From NCBI GenBank assembly GCA_035516175.1, contig DATJAO010000062.1:14040-78039 (forward strand): a stretch of 64,000 nucleotides of DNA. The letters run 5' to 3'. Shown here in pieces: positions 55,686-64,000 of the stretch. Below the pieces are notes generated by a model, which was given only the letters and a program-made list of their open reading frames with translations, was not told the DNA's origin and searched no databases. Each line of letters opens with the position of its first letter. Position 1 is the first letter of the stretch. Position numbers and translations under genes: made by a program. Source of the stretch: Nitrospirota bacterium. Its GTDB lineage: Bacteria > Nitrospirota > UBA9217.

Positions 55686-56030
55686 TTGATATCCTCAATG
55701 TCCCGCTTGTTTATCCGAGATGATATGGACCTTGCATTCAGCCAGACGAACGGGGTGCTTAAACTGGTTGGCACATTCGTTATTGGGTTTGTCGATAAGA
55801 ACGGCCCTCTCGGAAAGGCATATGAGCAGTACAAAAAAAAGTGCGTATTCTACAAAGATGCAACATTTTATGCTGTCGACGATCGTCTTGCCCATCTTAC
55901 GACGGCCGGCTTCGGTGAATTCAGCATTGCACAGACAGTTTTCGGTATGCCTTCCGATTTTCCCGTCGATGAACCAATAAAGCCGGGTTGCTGTGAAGGC
56001 TCCTTTGTGGTGATCAAGGCGATGAAATAG
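55686..56030 (+). pseudogene. C-terminal remnant of a class I SAM-dependent methyltransferase (SAM-binding half missing)
   Basis: 114-aa ORF with a TTG start only 25 nt after slyD. Only the distal half-pattern is present (LVGTFVIGFVDKNGPLGKAYEQYKKK.VFYKDATFY...LAHLTTAGFGEF...GSFVVIKAMK). Confidence 0.45.
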
Positions 56031-56176
56031 CTCAGAAATATCATGATGGCTCGTGGGACGGAAGAGAGGATTGGTCTCAATCAGACAGCCTGCCTCATCA
56101 CGGGAATTCCCGCGGCGGCAAGCAATCCCAAAAAAAGCGAGATTATAAGTACCGGCTCTGCTCTGAACTCGATTCG

Positions 56177-56668
56177 CTAAAAGGTTATACCAAGAGAGAA
56201 GGTCGGAAAGTCCTCGCCGTTGTTCGGCCCCGGCCAGTTAAATATGAGTTTTCCGTTCGAATAATGGACGAAACCCAGCGAAAGATCGAAAGATCCTACT
56301 TTGATGCCGAAGGCAAATCTGAAATAAAACTGAAACGGTGTACCGAGATTAGCCGTCGTTCTGTTGATATGGCCGACGCCGAAGTCAGCGCTGCCGTAGG
56401 TGTTCGCTGCAACGGTCCAGCGCAGGCCCCGAGCAAAACTGAGTGCATTATTATTGTTCGGACCGTTCCAGGAGGCATAGGTAATTTCATAAAAACTGTC
56501 GGTGTCGAAAAGCTTGGAGGTCTCCTTTTGATACCGAACGGCCGTATAGGTGCTGCCCTGCGAGCTAATGACGCCCGGCCCGGCCTCTAAAAAAAGTCCA
56601 TTGGCACAAGCAGTCCAAGCATAAAAAATAAAAAAAAAGAAGGCAACCAGAGTGATCCGTAGTTTCAT
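56177..56668 (-). CDS. Outer-membrane acyloxyacyl hydrolase (PagL-like lipid A deacylase family)
   Basis: Start moved to the ATG at 56668 (MKLRITLVAFFFFIFYAWTACA signal peptide). Alternating beta-strand pattern, the HYSNG motif, and a terminal aromatic residue (ITF). Confidence 0.68.
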   Translation of the reverse strand: MKLRITLVAFFFFIFYAWTACANGLFLEAGPGVISSQGSTYTAVRYQKETSKLFDTDSFYEITYASWNGPNNNNALSFARGLRWTVAANTYGSADFGVGHINRTTANLGTPFQFYFRFAFGIKVGSFDLSLGFVHYSNGKLIFNWPGPNNGEDFPTFSLGITF

Positions 56669-56755
56669 GGTAACGCCTCTCTTAGAGGAATAATCACATG
56701 AAAAGGAACCACGGAAGCTCATCCCTCCCGGATTGCCGCTGGGAGGGGCAGGTCG

Positions 56756-58447
56756 TTAACTGATTAACGGCGATGTGCTCGCTGATGTCCCGAGCAGTTT
56801 CCTCACATAGAGCTGCTGCACGATTGAGAGCACGTTGCTCAAGGTGATGTAAAGCAGCAGGCCGGCAGGCAGCCAGGCGAAAAGGAAAATGAACGCGATA
56901 TTCATGAACATCATGATCTTGGCCTGCGACGGGTCCGGCGTGGCCGATGTCATCTTCATCGTGAGGATCATGCTCACGCCCATGAGAACCGGAAGGATAT
57001 AGTACGGGTCGTAAACCGAAAGGTCCTTAATCCAGAAAGAGATAAAGGGCGACTGGCGGAGCTCAATCGAGACGGACAACACGTTGTAAAGAGCAACGAA
57101 AAATGGCAGCTGAAGGAGCATAGGCAAGCACCCACCGACTGGGTTCACTTTGTGCTCCTTGTACAGCTTCATCATCTCCTGATTCATGCGCTGAGGGTCT
57201 TTTTTATACTTTTCGCGGAGCGCTGTCAGTTGAGGCTGGAGTTTTTTCATTTCCTCCATGGCTGTTGCGCTCTTGAGCGAGGGGTAGAACAGAAGAATCC
57301 GAACCACGATGGTGAGGAGGATGATCGCCACACCATAATTGTTGGTAATCGCATAGAACTGTCGCAGGAGCCAGAACATCGGCTTTGCGAGGACACCGAA
57401 CCAGCCATAATCGACTAACTGCTCTAATCCATGGCCAGAGGCCTGGAGGAGCGTATAGCTCTTTGGGCCGGCATAGAGACCGAAGGAGTGCGACTCGGGT
57501 TTTTCCTTTACCGTCAGGTCCGTGGTGAGCAGGTCACCTACGTCTTTGGGGGCGGACACCCGTCTTGCGGTGATGATCCCCGCCCCCCCATACAGCATTG
57601 TAGCGGTAAAGTACTTGTCTGCCTGCCCGAACCATTCAATGGTCCCTGCGTACTGTGTCTCGCCCTTGATACTCCCGAGCTTTTCTGAAATCTTTTTGCC
57701 CTCGAGGAGCGCGACCAAACCGACACGTCCGCTTGCGTCCTTGCTCACCTTGTCTGCGAGGCCGAAGTCAGTGCCAAGCGACAGGCGGTAACCGTCGAGT
57801 CCCTTTGTCACGATGGTCATGTCTACCTTGTAATCGCTGTTCGTAAAGGTCAGGCGTTTTTCTATCATGATGCCTTGCGGGCCTGTATAGGTGAGGATTA
57901 ACGTCTGAGAAGGATTGTCCTTGTCAAGGCGTATGGATTCGTGGTTCGCGTGGAACTCGACGTTCGCAAGTTTGTCCAGCGCCTTATCAAGCGGTATGAG
58001 AGTCAGCGGGGCAACCATTTCCTCTCGCTCAACCCCTTCGTACTGGGAGAGAAGCTGAACGTTCCCGAGCTCCTTTTTCGGCTTCTCCTCCCTCTTGGCC
58101 TCACCGGTGATCTTCTTCCAGAGCGCGCCGATGCCGGTCTCGGTCTTGTCCGCTTCGCGGTACCGCTTCAGTTCCCAACGCTTGATCACGCCGCCAGCGG
58201 TATTCACAACAGCCTTCACGATATCGGTCTCGATGATGATATCCTTGCCACCAGCTGCCGCTTGAATCTTGCCTGCGACGGATTCCGGCTTGACTGGCAT
58301 TGGTGCCGGTTTCTGCTGCGTCATTTCCTGCTTCGCAGTCTCCGTGACCGGCGGTTTTGGCGGCGGTTTGGGAGCAAAGAACTTTATGTACACCAGAAAC
58401 ACCAGCAACGATAAAGAAAGTGCCAGTATGAATCTTCGTGTTTCCAT
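56756..58447 (-). CDS. yidC: Membrane protein insertase YidC
   Basis: 563 aa. N-terminal TM segment, large periplasmic domain, then AIILLTIVVRILLFYP...KVNPVGGCLPMLLQLPFFVALY. Confidence 0.95.
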   Translation of the reverse strand: METRRFILALSLSLLVFLVYIKFFAPKPPPKPPVTETAKQEMTQQKPAPMPVKPESVAGKIQAAAGGKDIIIETDIVKAVVNTAGGVIKRWELKRYREADKTETGIGALWKKITGEAKREEKPKKELGNVQLLSQYEGVEREEMVAPLTLIPLDKALDKLANVEFHANHESIRLDKDNPSQTLILTYTGPQGIMIEKRLTFTNSDYKVDMTIVTKGLDGYRLSLGTDFGLADKVSKDASGRVGLVALLEGKKISEKLGSIKGETQYAGTIEWFGQADKYFTATMLYGGAGIITARRVSAPKDVGDLLTTDLTVKEKPESHSFGLYAGPKSYTLLQASGHGLEQLVDYGWFGVLAKPMFWLLRQFYAITNNYGVAIILLTIVVRILLFYPSLKSATAMEEMKKLQPQLTALREKYKKDPQRMNQEMMKLYKEHKVNPVGGCLPMLLQLPFFVALYNVLSVSIELRQSPFISFWIKDLSVYDPYYILPVLMGVSMILTMKMTSATPDPSQAKIMMFMNIAFIFLFAWLPAGLLLYITLSNVLSIVQQLYVRKLLGTSASTSPLIS

Positions 58448-58460
58448 GGATCCTCCGGAA

Positions 58461-58670
58461 TTATTTTACAGGATCGTATCCGCCGGGATGGAACGGATGA
58501 CACTTTGCAATCCGCACGACCGTCATCCAAATCGCTGTCACGGTGCTCTTTTTTTCGAAGGCTTCAATCGCGTACTCGGAACAGGTCGGGACGAACCTGC
58601 AGGCAGGCGGGAAAATTGGTGAAAGATAACGCCGGTACAGGCGGATGATGGAGATAAACAATGTCTTCAC
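58461..58670 (-). CDS. yidD: Membrane protein insertion efficiency factor YidD
   Basis: 69 aa. Contains YRRYLSPIFPPACRFVPTCSEYAIEA...CHPFHPGGYDPV. Confidence 0.9.
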   Translation of the reverse strand: MKTLFISIIRLYRRYLSPIFPPACRFVPTCSEYAIEAFEKKSTVTAIWMTVVRIAKCHPFHPGGYDPVK

Positions 58671-59035
58671 GGTGCTGTGCCTTCCGACTTCTCGCTGTGA
58701 AGGACCGCTCTCTGGAGAACGGTCTCAACGGTCCTCAGAATCTTTTCGTAAGGGGCCGCGGAGAGTTCCTTCCGAACCACGAACACCATGTCATAACCCG
58801 CCGCATGATCTTTTAACACCCTCATGATGCAGTCCCTGATCTGACGCTTTAACCGGTTTCTCTTGACCGCGTTTGCCAGTTTCTTGCTGACAGAAATTCC
58901 GACTCGGAAACTACCTGCTTTGTTTTTTGTATAAAAAAGAGAAAGACCGTCAACTGACAGTCTTTTTCCTTTCATGGTCGAAATAAACTCTGTGTTTTTC
59001 CGTAACCGCTCGCTTTTCCGGTATGCGTACGGCAT
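58667..59035 (-). CDS. rnpA: Ribonuclease P protein component
   Basis: 122 aa, basic. Contains SVSKKLANAVKRNRLKRQIRD. The 3' end overlaps the yidD start by 4 nt. Confidence 0.9.
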   Translation of the reverse strand: MPYAYRKSERLRKNTEFISTMKGKRLSVDGLSLFYTKNKAGSFRVGISVSKKLANAVKRNRLKRQIRDCIMRVLKDHAAGYDMVFVVRKELSAAPYEKILRTVETVLQRAVLHSEKSEGTAP

Positions 59036-59055
59036 TGCGTTTGCCCACGCAGGAG

Positions 59056-59193
59056 TTATACAGCGAGACGCTTTCTTCCCTTTGCCCTGCGACGGTTTAT
59101 TGCCTTTCTGCCTCCGACGGTGCTCATTCGTTTTCTGAAGCCCTGAAGCCGCTTCTGCTTAAGATTGCTTTTTTGTGCTGTTGTCTCCGACAT
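59056..59193 (-). CDS. rpmH: 50S ribosomal protein L34
   Basis: Too short for the ORF track. Hand translation of the reverse strand from the ATG at 59193 gives [45 protein letters not shown], the L34 pattern. Confidence 0.92.
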   Translation of the reverse strand: MSETTAQKSNLKQKRLQGFRKRMSTVGGRKAINRRRAKGRKRLAV

Positions 59194-59252
59194 TGTACCT
59201 GCTCCTTCAATGAATGGCGTTGCTATAAATGCGCATGAATTGGTAGAGGCGT

Positions 59253-59280
59253 ATTATAATCGAAACGAGGAATAAGTCAA
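59253..59280 (-). promoter_or_regulatory. Candidate sigma-70 promoter for rpmH-rnpA-yidD-yidC (TTGACT-16 nt-TATAAT)
   Basis: The reverse strand has TTGACT (59280-59275), a 16-nt spacer, then TATAAT (59258-59253). This leaves a leader of about 55 nt to rpmH. Confidence 0.6.
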
Positions 59281-59356
59281 GCAAAAAACCCGCCATACCC
59301 GCAGCTTTGACTTTCGAAACCTTTTTTGGTAAAGTGCAACAACCGGATTACATGAT

Positions 59357-59791
59357 ATGAAACTGGGTGTTGACTATATCGGCGTTGGCGTGGGTGCGAT
59401 CATCCTTGACGCGGAGGGCAGGGTCTTCCTCGCCAAACGCGGGTCTCTGGCACGGAACGAAAGGAACCGGTGGGAATTCCCGGGAGGCGGTGTCGAATTC
59501 GGCGAGACGCTCGTGTATGCCCTTGTGCGCGAGATCGCGGAAGAATACGGATGCGAAATCGAAGTGCAGGAACTCCTCGGGGTCGTTGATCACATCATTC
59601 CGAACGAAGGGCAGCACTGGGTCTCGCCCATGTTCATCTGCAGGGTGAAAAGCGGGACACCGCACATCCGAGAACCCCACAAATGCGAAGAGATTGGCTG
59701 GTTTTCTATCGATGAAATACCTGAGGCAAAGCTAACCATCGCATCCAGGAAGGGGCTTGAAAGCCTAAAGAAGAAAATATGTGCGAGTTAA
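59357..59791 (+). CDS. NUDIX hydrolase
   Basis: 144 aa. Nudix box GGGVEFGETLVYALVREIAEEYG. Confidence 0.9.
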   Translation: MKLGVDYIGVGVGAIILDAEGRVFLAKRGSLARNERNRWEFPGGGVEFGETLVYALVREIAEEYGCEIEVQELLGVVDHIIPNEGQHWVSPMFICRVKSGTPHIREPHKCEEIGWFSIDEIPEAKLTIASRKGLESLKKKICAS

Positions 59792-59822
59792 GCATGAGTG
59801 TTTGCGGCCCAATCCGGTCATT

Positions 59823-60500
59823 ATGAAAAATATTTACTCATACCCTGTTGATTCAATCCTCCTCCTCGGCCCGACCGGTGTCGGAAAGAGCCCGCTCGGT
59901 GATGCTATTGGTGGCAGAGGTCTGTTCGAACGAAGGTGCCATCACCTGGACTTCGGAGCTGAGCTGCGTAGTGCCTTGTCAGACAGGGAGCGTTCTGCTG
60001 CTTACTCGTCTATAGAGCTCGATTTCATTCATGGTGTTCTTGAGCGTAGTCTCCTTCTTGAAAACGAGCATTTCCCGCTCGCGGAGAAGATCATCTCTCT
60101 GTTCCTAGACCGTGTGGGATTCTCGCAAGGAAATGTGCTCGTATTGAACGGCATACCACGCCATTCGGGGCAGGCACAAGACATCGCGACCATTGCTGAT
60201 ATTCATGCTCTTATTGTTCTGGATTGTTCTGCGGAAACTGTTTTTTGCCGTATCCGTGATAATGTGGGAGGGGACAGAATATCGCGGGTGGATGATAATA
60301 AAGAAATGATAGAGAAAAAAATGATGATCTTCCGGGAGAGAACCGCGCCGCTCATTGAGCATTATACGAGAGCAGGGGGTTTCATCTACCGGCTTGAAAT
60401 ATCCAGCATAACCACGACTGATCAAGCATATCTGCGGCTTTTATCGCTTACCGCCGCTCACCCACCAATCACTCTTATCGCTGAACCACCACAGCGATGA
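59823..60500 (+). CDS. Adenylate kinase-family P-loop protein
   Basis: Start moved to the ATG at 59823. P-loop LLLGPTGVGKSP, plus LNGIPRHSGQAQ resembling the GFPR..QA motif of nucleoside monophosphate kinases. Confidence 0.55.
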   Translation: MKNIYSYPVDSILLLGPTGVGKSPLGDAIGGRGLFERRCHHLDFGAELRSALSDRERSAAYSSIELDFIHGVLERSLLLENEHFPLAEKIISLFLDRVGFSQGNVLVLNGIPRHSGQAQDIATIADIHALIVLDCSAETVFCRIRDNVGGDRISRVDDNKEMIEKKMMIFRERTAPLIEHYTRAGGFIYRLEISSITTTDQAYLRLLSLTAAHPPITLIAEPPQR

Positions 60501-61016
60501 GTCCGTTTCGAGGATCACTTTTGCGAGATCGCGCGCCGTGTCCGTTTGAAGTCGTTTGAGCGAGAACTCCAGCCATTCGTCTGCGTATTTGTTTCCTACG
60601 TCCTTGTACTCCTTGAGCGCCAGGATCATCTCTAGCTGGTCCGCATCGCGTGCCAACCGCGCTTCCTCGGTCCTTCCTTCGATAAACTCCAGTATCAGTT
60701 CCTGAATCTCGTTTCCAAAGGGTAAGGTCTGCGCAAGGTCTTCAATCGCCTTTTTCTCATTTGCCTCGACATATTTTTTGTTCACGTAGTTTAGGTCACC
60801 TGTCCTGGCTTCCGGCAGATCGTGGAATAGGCACATCTTGATTAAACGCTCTACATTAATATTTTTTAACAGCTTTCCGAGTGCGTATCCAATGTACGAA
60901 GTCCTTAAGATGTGCTCAGCCACTGACTCCGCGCCGGTGCCGAGGAATTGGAACCCGCTCCGGGGTGTTCGTTTGAGCATTCCCGCTTCGAATAAAAAAT
61001 TTGCAATGTTCTTCAT
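60441..61016 (-). CDS. HD-domain phosphohydrolase (YfbR-like 5'-deoxynucleotidase family)
   Basis: 191 aa. Contains ESVAEHILRTSYIG, LFHDLPEARTGDLN and DADQLEMILA. Confidence 0.83.
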   Translation of the reverse strand: MKNIANFLFEAGMLKRTPRSGFQFLGTGAESVAEHILRTSYIGYALGKLLKNINVERLIKMCLFHDLPEARTGDLNYVNKKYVEANEKKAIEDLAQTLPFGNEIQELILEFIEGRTEEARLARDADQLEMILALKEYKDVGNKYADEWLEFSLKRLQTDTARDLAKVILETDSSLWWFSDKSDWWVSGGKR

Positions 61017-61362
61017 GGCAGTGCTTTTATACCATGTTTTACTTTATCTGTAAATAATATATCTGTTAGTGATGTCACTCCATTGTGGGTCTATGGCTTT
61101 CCTGAAATGGGGTAAGTTGACCAAATCATGTTGGGAAAAAATGAGAATAAAGACAAGAAAGTGTCGATGAAGTAAAGTGATCCTCGCGAGTCTTAATATA
61201 AATCGCTAATATGATTATTACAAACGCCAAAATCATGCTATGCAGTCATTGCGTTAGACCGAAGAGAGCATGGCATTCTCGCATTTTAAACATGAATCGC
61301 TTCATCGTGGCCCTCTTTGCAATGACGCGATGACAGACAAGCCCTTACATTTTTATTAATCA

Positions 61363-61731
61363 TCAGAACGTTGCATTCTGACGCTTCATAAGTAGCTCAC
61401 CGAGATAAGAACCTGGTTTGACCTCCGCGTTCTTTATCCATTCCGCTCCCTCTAGGCCATATGGTTTCACGCAGGATGCGCAGATATAAAACTTACAGTC
61501 GAAGTCTTCCACCAGACTTTTCATGAGCTCAGCAACAGGAGAAAAACCCTTCTGCCAAGTGACCGACTCGGCAAACCCCTTACGCGCGAGATGGACCCCT
61601 TCATTTATGAGGAAGAAATCAATCTTGGCATCGAATGCAGCCATGTTGGTTGCCAGCTGAAGCGCCGCAGCCGCGCGCTCAATCGCATCATAAGAGTGAG
61701 TGATAACAAATACGAATTCCTTGTTTTCCAT
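61363..61731 (-). CDS. DsrE/DsrF-like sulfur-relay family protein
   Basis: 122 aa. Contains FVFVITHS...IDFFLINEGVHLA...FYICASCV. Confidence 0.65.
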   Translation of the reverse strand: MENKEFVFVITHSYDAIERAAAALQLATNMAAFDAKIDFFLINEGVHLARKGFAESVTWQKGFSPVAELMKSLVEDFDCKFYICASCVKPYGLEGAEWIKNAEVKPGSYLGELLMKRQNATF

Positions 61732-61918
61732 AATGTCTTGCCTCCAATTGTTATTAGATCAAACTGCACGTGCGTCATCGGTGAAATAATGATACCACGG
61801 GTCGTGCAAGTTACTGAAGAAATTTCTTTTATGATTGAAACATAGCATTGTATAAAAAAGATGTTTGTTCCATAGGTTTCGATTGGTTTAATTACTATTA
61901 ATATATATAAATAAAATT

Positions 61919-61933
61919 AGTAGTAGTAGTAGT
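61919..61933. repeat. (TAG)5 microsatellite in an AT-rich spacer
   Basis: The sequence tagtagtagtagtag was read directly. Confidence 0.9.
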
Positions 61934-62101
61934 AAGTAATGTGAATATGTTGAAAGTGCGAAGAAGGTCTTGAAAATGAAAACAAATGAATAATGGAAAA
62001 GCTGTCGACTTGTTTGTGAGATGAAACGATAAGAGATGTTGACAACTAAATGCTCTGAGTTTTGCACAGCTTATCATTAGGCAGTTCACAGGAATATGTT
62101 A

Positions 62102-62455
62102 TTATCCTGGAGGCCAGGAAAACCGACGACCGGAAAGAATATGAAGGTGAATGTGGAATACGGTCTGGCCGGCCCCGGCGCCGTTATTGATGACCATCCG
62201 GTATCCCTTCGAGTCTAGACCCTTTTTGTCAGCGATTTTCTTTGCGGTCAAAAAAAGGTGCCCAATAAGATCTTTATCGGCTTCGGTCATGCTATGAATC
62301 TCGGGGATATGTTTCTTCGGAACTACGAGGAGATGGACGGGCGCTTGTGGATTTACATCTTCAAAGGCGGTCACGAGATGGTCATCATATATGGTTTTTG
62401 AAGGGATCTTTTTCTCGATGATCTTGCAGAATATGCAATTGGGCTCTAAACTCAC
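62102..62455 (-). CDS. HIT family (HinT-like) nucleotide hydrolase
   Basis: Start moved to the GTG at 62455, which forms a GTGA overlap with the hisI stop. Contains [13 protein letters not shown] and the histidine triad FHIHLHIL. Confidence 0.88.
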   Translation of the reverse strand: MSLEPNCIFCKIIEKKIPSKTIYDDHLVTAFEDVNPQAPVHLLVVPKKHIPEIHSMTEADKDLIGHLFLTAKKIADKKGLDSKGYRMVINNGAGAGQTVFHIHLHILSGRRFSWPPG

Positions 62456-62811
62456 TTTTTCCCCTCTTGGTTTCCGGAAAAACTTCTGAAAAAACAGGAG
62501 CGCTCGCCGGTGTGGCATGCAGGGCCGGTCTGCTCCACCTTAATGAGCAACGTGTCCTGGTCGCAGTCGTACAGGATCTCCTTTACACGCTGAATATTGC
62601 CGGACGTCTCGCCCTTTTGCCAGAACTTGTGACGCGAGCGGCTCCAGAAACACGTCAGGCCGCTCTCCACGGTCCTCTTCAAAGACTCAGCGTTCATGTA
62701 CGCCACCATCAAGACCTCACCGGTCCTCCAGTCCTGGATGACGGCGGGGATGAGGCCCTTTTCATCGTATTTCAAATTATCTGGAATCTGCATAGTGATA
62801 GTTTTTATCAT
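62452..62811 (-). CDS. hisI: Phosphoribosyl-AMP cyclohydrolase (monofunctional HisI)
   Basis: 119 aa. Contains [47 protein letters not shown] and [12 protein letters not shown]. Confidence 0.93.
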   Translation of the reverse strand: MIKTITMQIPDNLKYDEKGLIPAVIQDWRTGEVLMVAYMNAESLKRTVESGLTCFWSRSRHKFWQKGETSGNIQRVKEILYDCDQDTLLIKVEQTGPACHTGERSCFFRSFSGNQEGKK

Positions 62812-63142
62812 AAACAGGAAGAAATGTCCAGAGCACCATTAACAGCGACCGTATTTCCTGAAAAGTTTAACACGATTTGGGACAACCACTTCGCACGAGT
62901 AAGAGTCCCGAGAATGTTGAATTTTCAATTACTGTTACGGGACAAAAGGAAGGGAAACAAAGAACCGGCTTCACGTTATCATGAAACAGGTTCTCTATCG
63001 AATCATAAAAGTAATTATCATTAGCCCATGAACTCGGGACGCGGCAAATATCTCTGCCGCATCGACAAATAAAATTAGCAGTGGCTCTCAGCAGATGTAA
63101 AGTCTGATTCGGGAATCCTCGGTCGTCAGGCTAAAGAGAATG

Positions 63143-63616
63143 TCAAATAAACAAATTGATCTGAGCGTCAGCAGCAGCGTCCATCCACATTGCCGCCCCG
63201 CCGAACTCAACACCATCAATGACATCTTCCTGCTTAACCCCCATCACATCCATGGTCATCTGGCAGGCAATGAGCTTTACACCGCTTTCCTTCGCGAGTT
63301 CGAGCAACTGACCGATGGTCGCGACGCCGTGCTTTTTGAACATGGATTTCATCATAGCCGTTGCCATTGCCTCCATGCCGGGAAGCGAGCCGACGAGAGT
63401 TGGAATCGGCACAGGCATGGGCATTGCAGGATTGCCGATGGGCGATATTTTAAGATTGTCAGCGTTGCCTTTTTTTATGATGTCGAGCCCGAAGAATGTG
63501 AAAAAAATCGTTACATCCATATCCATAGCTGCTGCGGTTGTGGCTAGGATCAGCGGAGGATAGGCCATATCCAGTGAGCCCTTTGATGCAATGATCGTCA
63601 TTTTTTTTTGCGCCAT
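63143..63616 (-). CDS. DsrE2-like / DsrE-DsrF-DsrH family sulfur-carrier protein
   Basis: 157 aa. Contains MTIIASKGSLDMAYPPLILATTAAAMDMDVTIFFTFFGL...LIACQMTMDVMG. It lies next to a TusA-like gene. Confidence 0.68.
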   Translation of the reverse strand: MAQKKMTIIASKGSLDMAYPPLILATTAAAMDMDVTIFFTFFGLDIIKKGNADNLKISPIGNPAMPMPVPIPTLVGSLPGMEAMATAMMKSMFKKHGVATIGQLLELAKESGVKLIACQMTMDVMGVKQEDVIDGVEFGGAAMWMDAAADAQINLFI

Positions 63617-63628
63617 GAGAATAACTCC

Positions 63629-63871
63629 TTACGCGGTTTTTTTGATATAGAATGTGAACGTTCCCGAGCCTTCATCAACTTTTAAAATCTCGTTGCCCGT
63701 TCTCTTAGCCCAGGAAGCCATATCGTTCTTGGAACCGGGATCCGTGGTCTCCACTTTAAGAACCTGATCTTTCGAGAGTGCCTCAACAGCCTTTTTTGTT
63801 TTTAAGATTGGCAAGGGGCAGCTCATACCTTTACAGTCTAAAATCTGATCTACCTTAATTTCTCCTGACAT
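63629..63871 (-). CDS. tusA: TusA/SirA-like sulfurtransferase
   Basis: Start moved to the ATG at 63871, with GGAGGTG upstream. Contains LDCKGMSCPLPILKTKKAVEAL with the CPxP motif. Confidence 0.85.
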   Translation of the reverse strand: MSGEIKVDQILDCKGMSCPLPILKTKKAVEALSKDQVLKVETTDPGSKNDMASWAKRTGNEILKVDEGSGTFTFYIKKTA

Positions 63872-63923
63872 GGTTCGGTCACCTCCGTTTGTATTGTTGA
63901 CAAAACACAGAAACAAGTGTTTT

Positions 63924-63953
63924 ATTGTATGGCAGGAACAGTTGCAAAGTCAA
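63924..63953 (-). promoter_or_regulatory. Candidate sigma-70 promoter for tusA (TTGACT-18 nt-TACAAT)
   Basis: The reverse strand has TTGACT (63953-63948), an 18-nt spacer, then TACAAT (63929-63924). Confidence 0.4.
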
Positions 63954-64000
63954 GCAATTTTTTATATGTTGATTCTTCTAGCCTTTGTTCATAAATTGAT

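Noticed and set aside
63930-63947. Sigma-54-like motif TGGCAGGAACAGTTGCA near the window end
   Set aside because: The GG-to-GC spacing is one nucleotide longer than the consensus, which sigma-54 promoters rarely tolerate. The same DNA is better explained as the spacer of a sigma-70 promoter for tusA on the opposite strand.
1-64000. Looked for CRISPR arrays, transposases, integrases, prophage genes, rRNA and tRNA genes, and a cobalamin riboswitch upstream of the corrinoid block
   Set aside because: None was recognised by eye. There are no regularly spaced direct repeats, no DDE or tyrosine-recombinase-like translations in the track, and no cloverleaf-compatible sequence in the spacers examined. 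I could find no B12-box-like element in 39963-40223 or 41115-41467. A covariance-model scan would be needed to be certain.

Overview
Bacterial chromosomal window. The host is bacterial because it carries mnmE-mnmG-rsmG-parA-parB, rpmH-rnpA-yidD-yidC, a sigma-54 activator, lipoboxes and PagL/RlpA envelope genes. There are about 60 tightly packed protein-coding genes. I recognised no rRNA, tRNA, CRISPR array, transposase or integrase. All calls rest on reading the supplied translations, my own hand translation of a few stretches, and recalled family motifs; nothing was searched or computed beyond hand counting. Left third: mfd (partial, runs off the window start), prpE-like ligase, htpG, an AcuC-type deacetylase, a GrdB-family selenoprotein that the ORF track splits at an in-frame TGA, an AT-richer ankyrin-repeat membrane protein, ppsR, pgi, then the origin-proximal set with two parS-type palindromes, a Clp1-like kinase and a bactofilin. 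Middle: purL, two decayed genes (ACT domain, rhodanese), a triple-repeat lipoprotein, rlpA, and a PAS-GAF histidine kinase with an NtrC-type activator. The most unusual part is 40.2-54.1 kb. It is a single-strand block containing MetF, two MtaA/URO-D-type zinc methyltransferases, an MtrH-like methyltransferase, a corrinoid protein, a RamA-type reductive activase, an HdrE/HdrD-like (DsrMK-like) membrane module, and a cysteate synthase-like plus fused ComDE-like sulfopyruvate decarboxylase pair. That is methanogen-style methyl-transfer, heterodisulfide and coenzyme M precursor parts in a bacterium, with no MCR in the window. Right end: rpmH-rnpA-yidD-yidC inverted relative to mnmE, nucleotide-housekeeping genes, hisI-hinT, and TusA/DsrE-type sulfur-relay genes.
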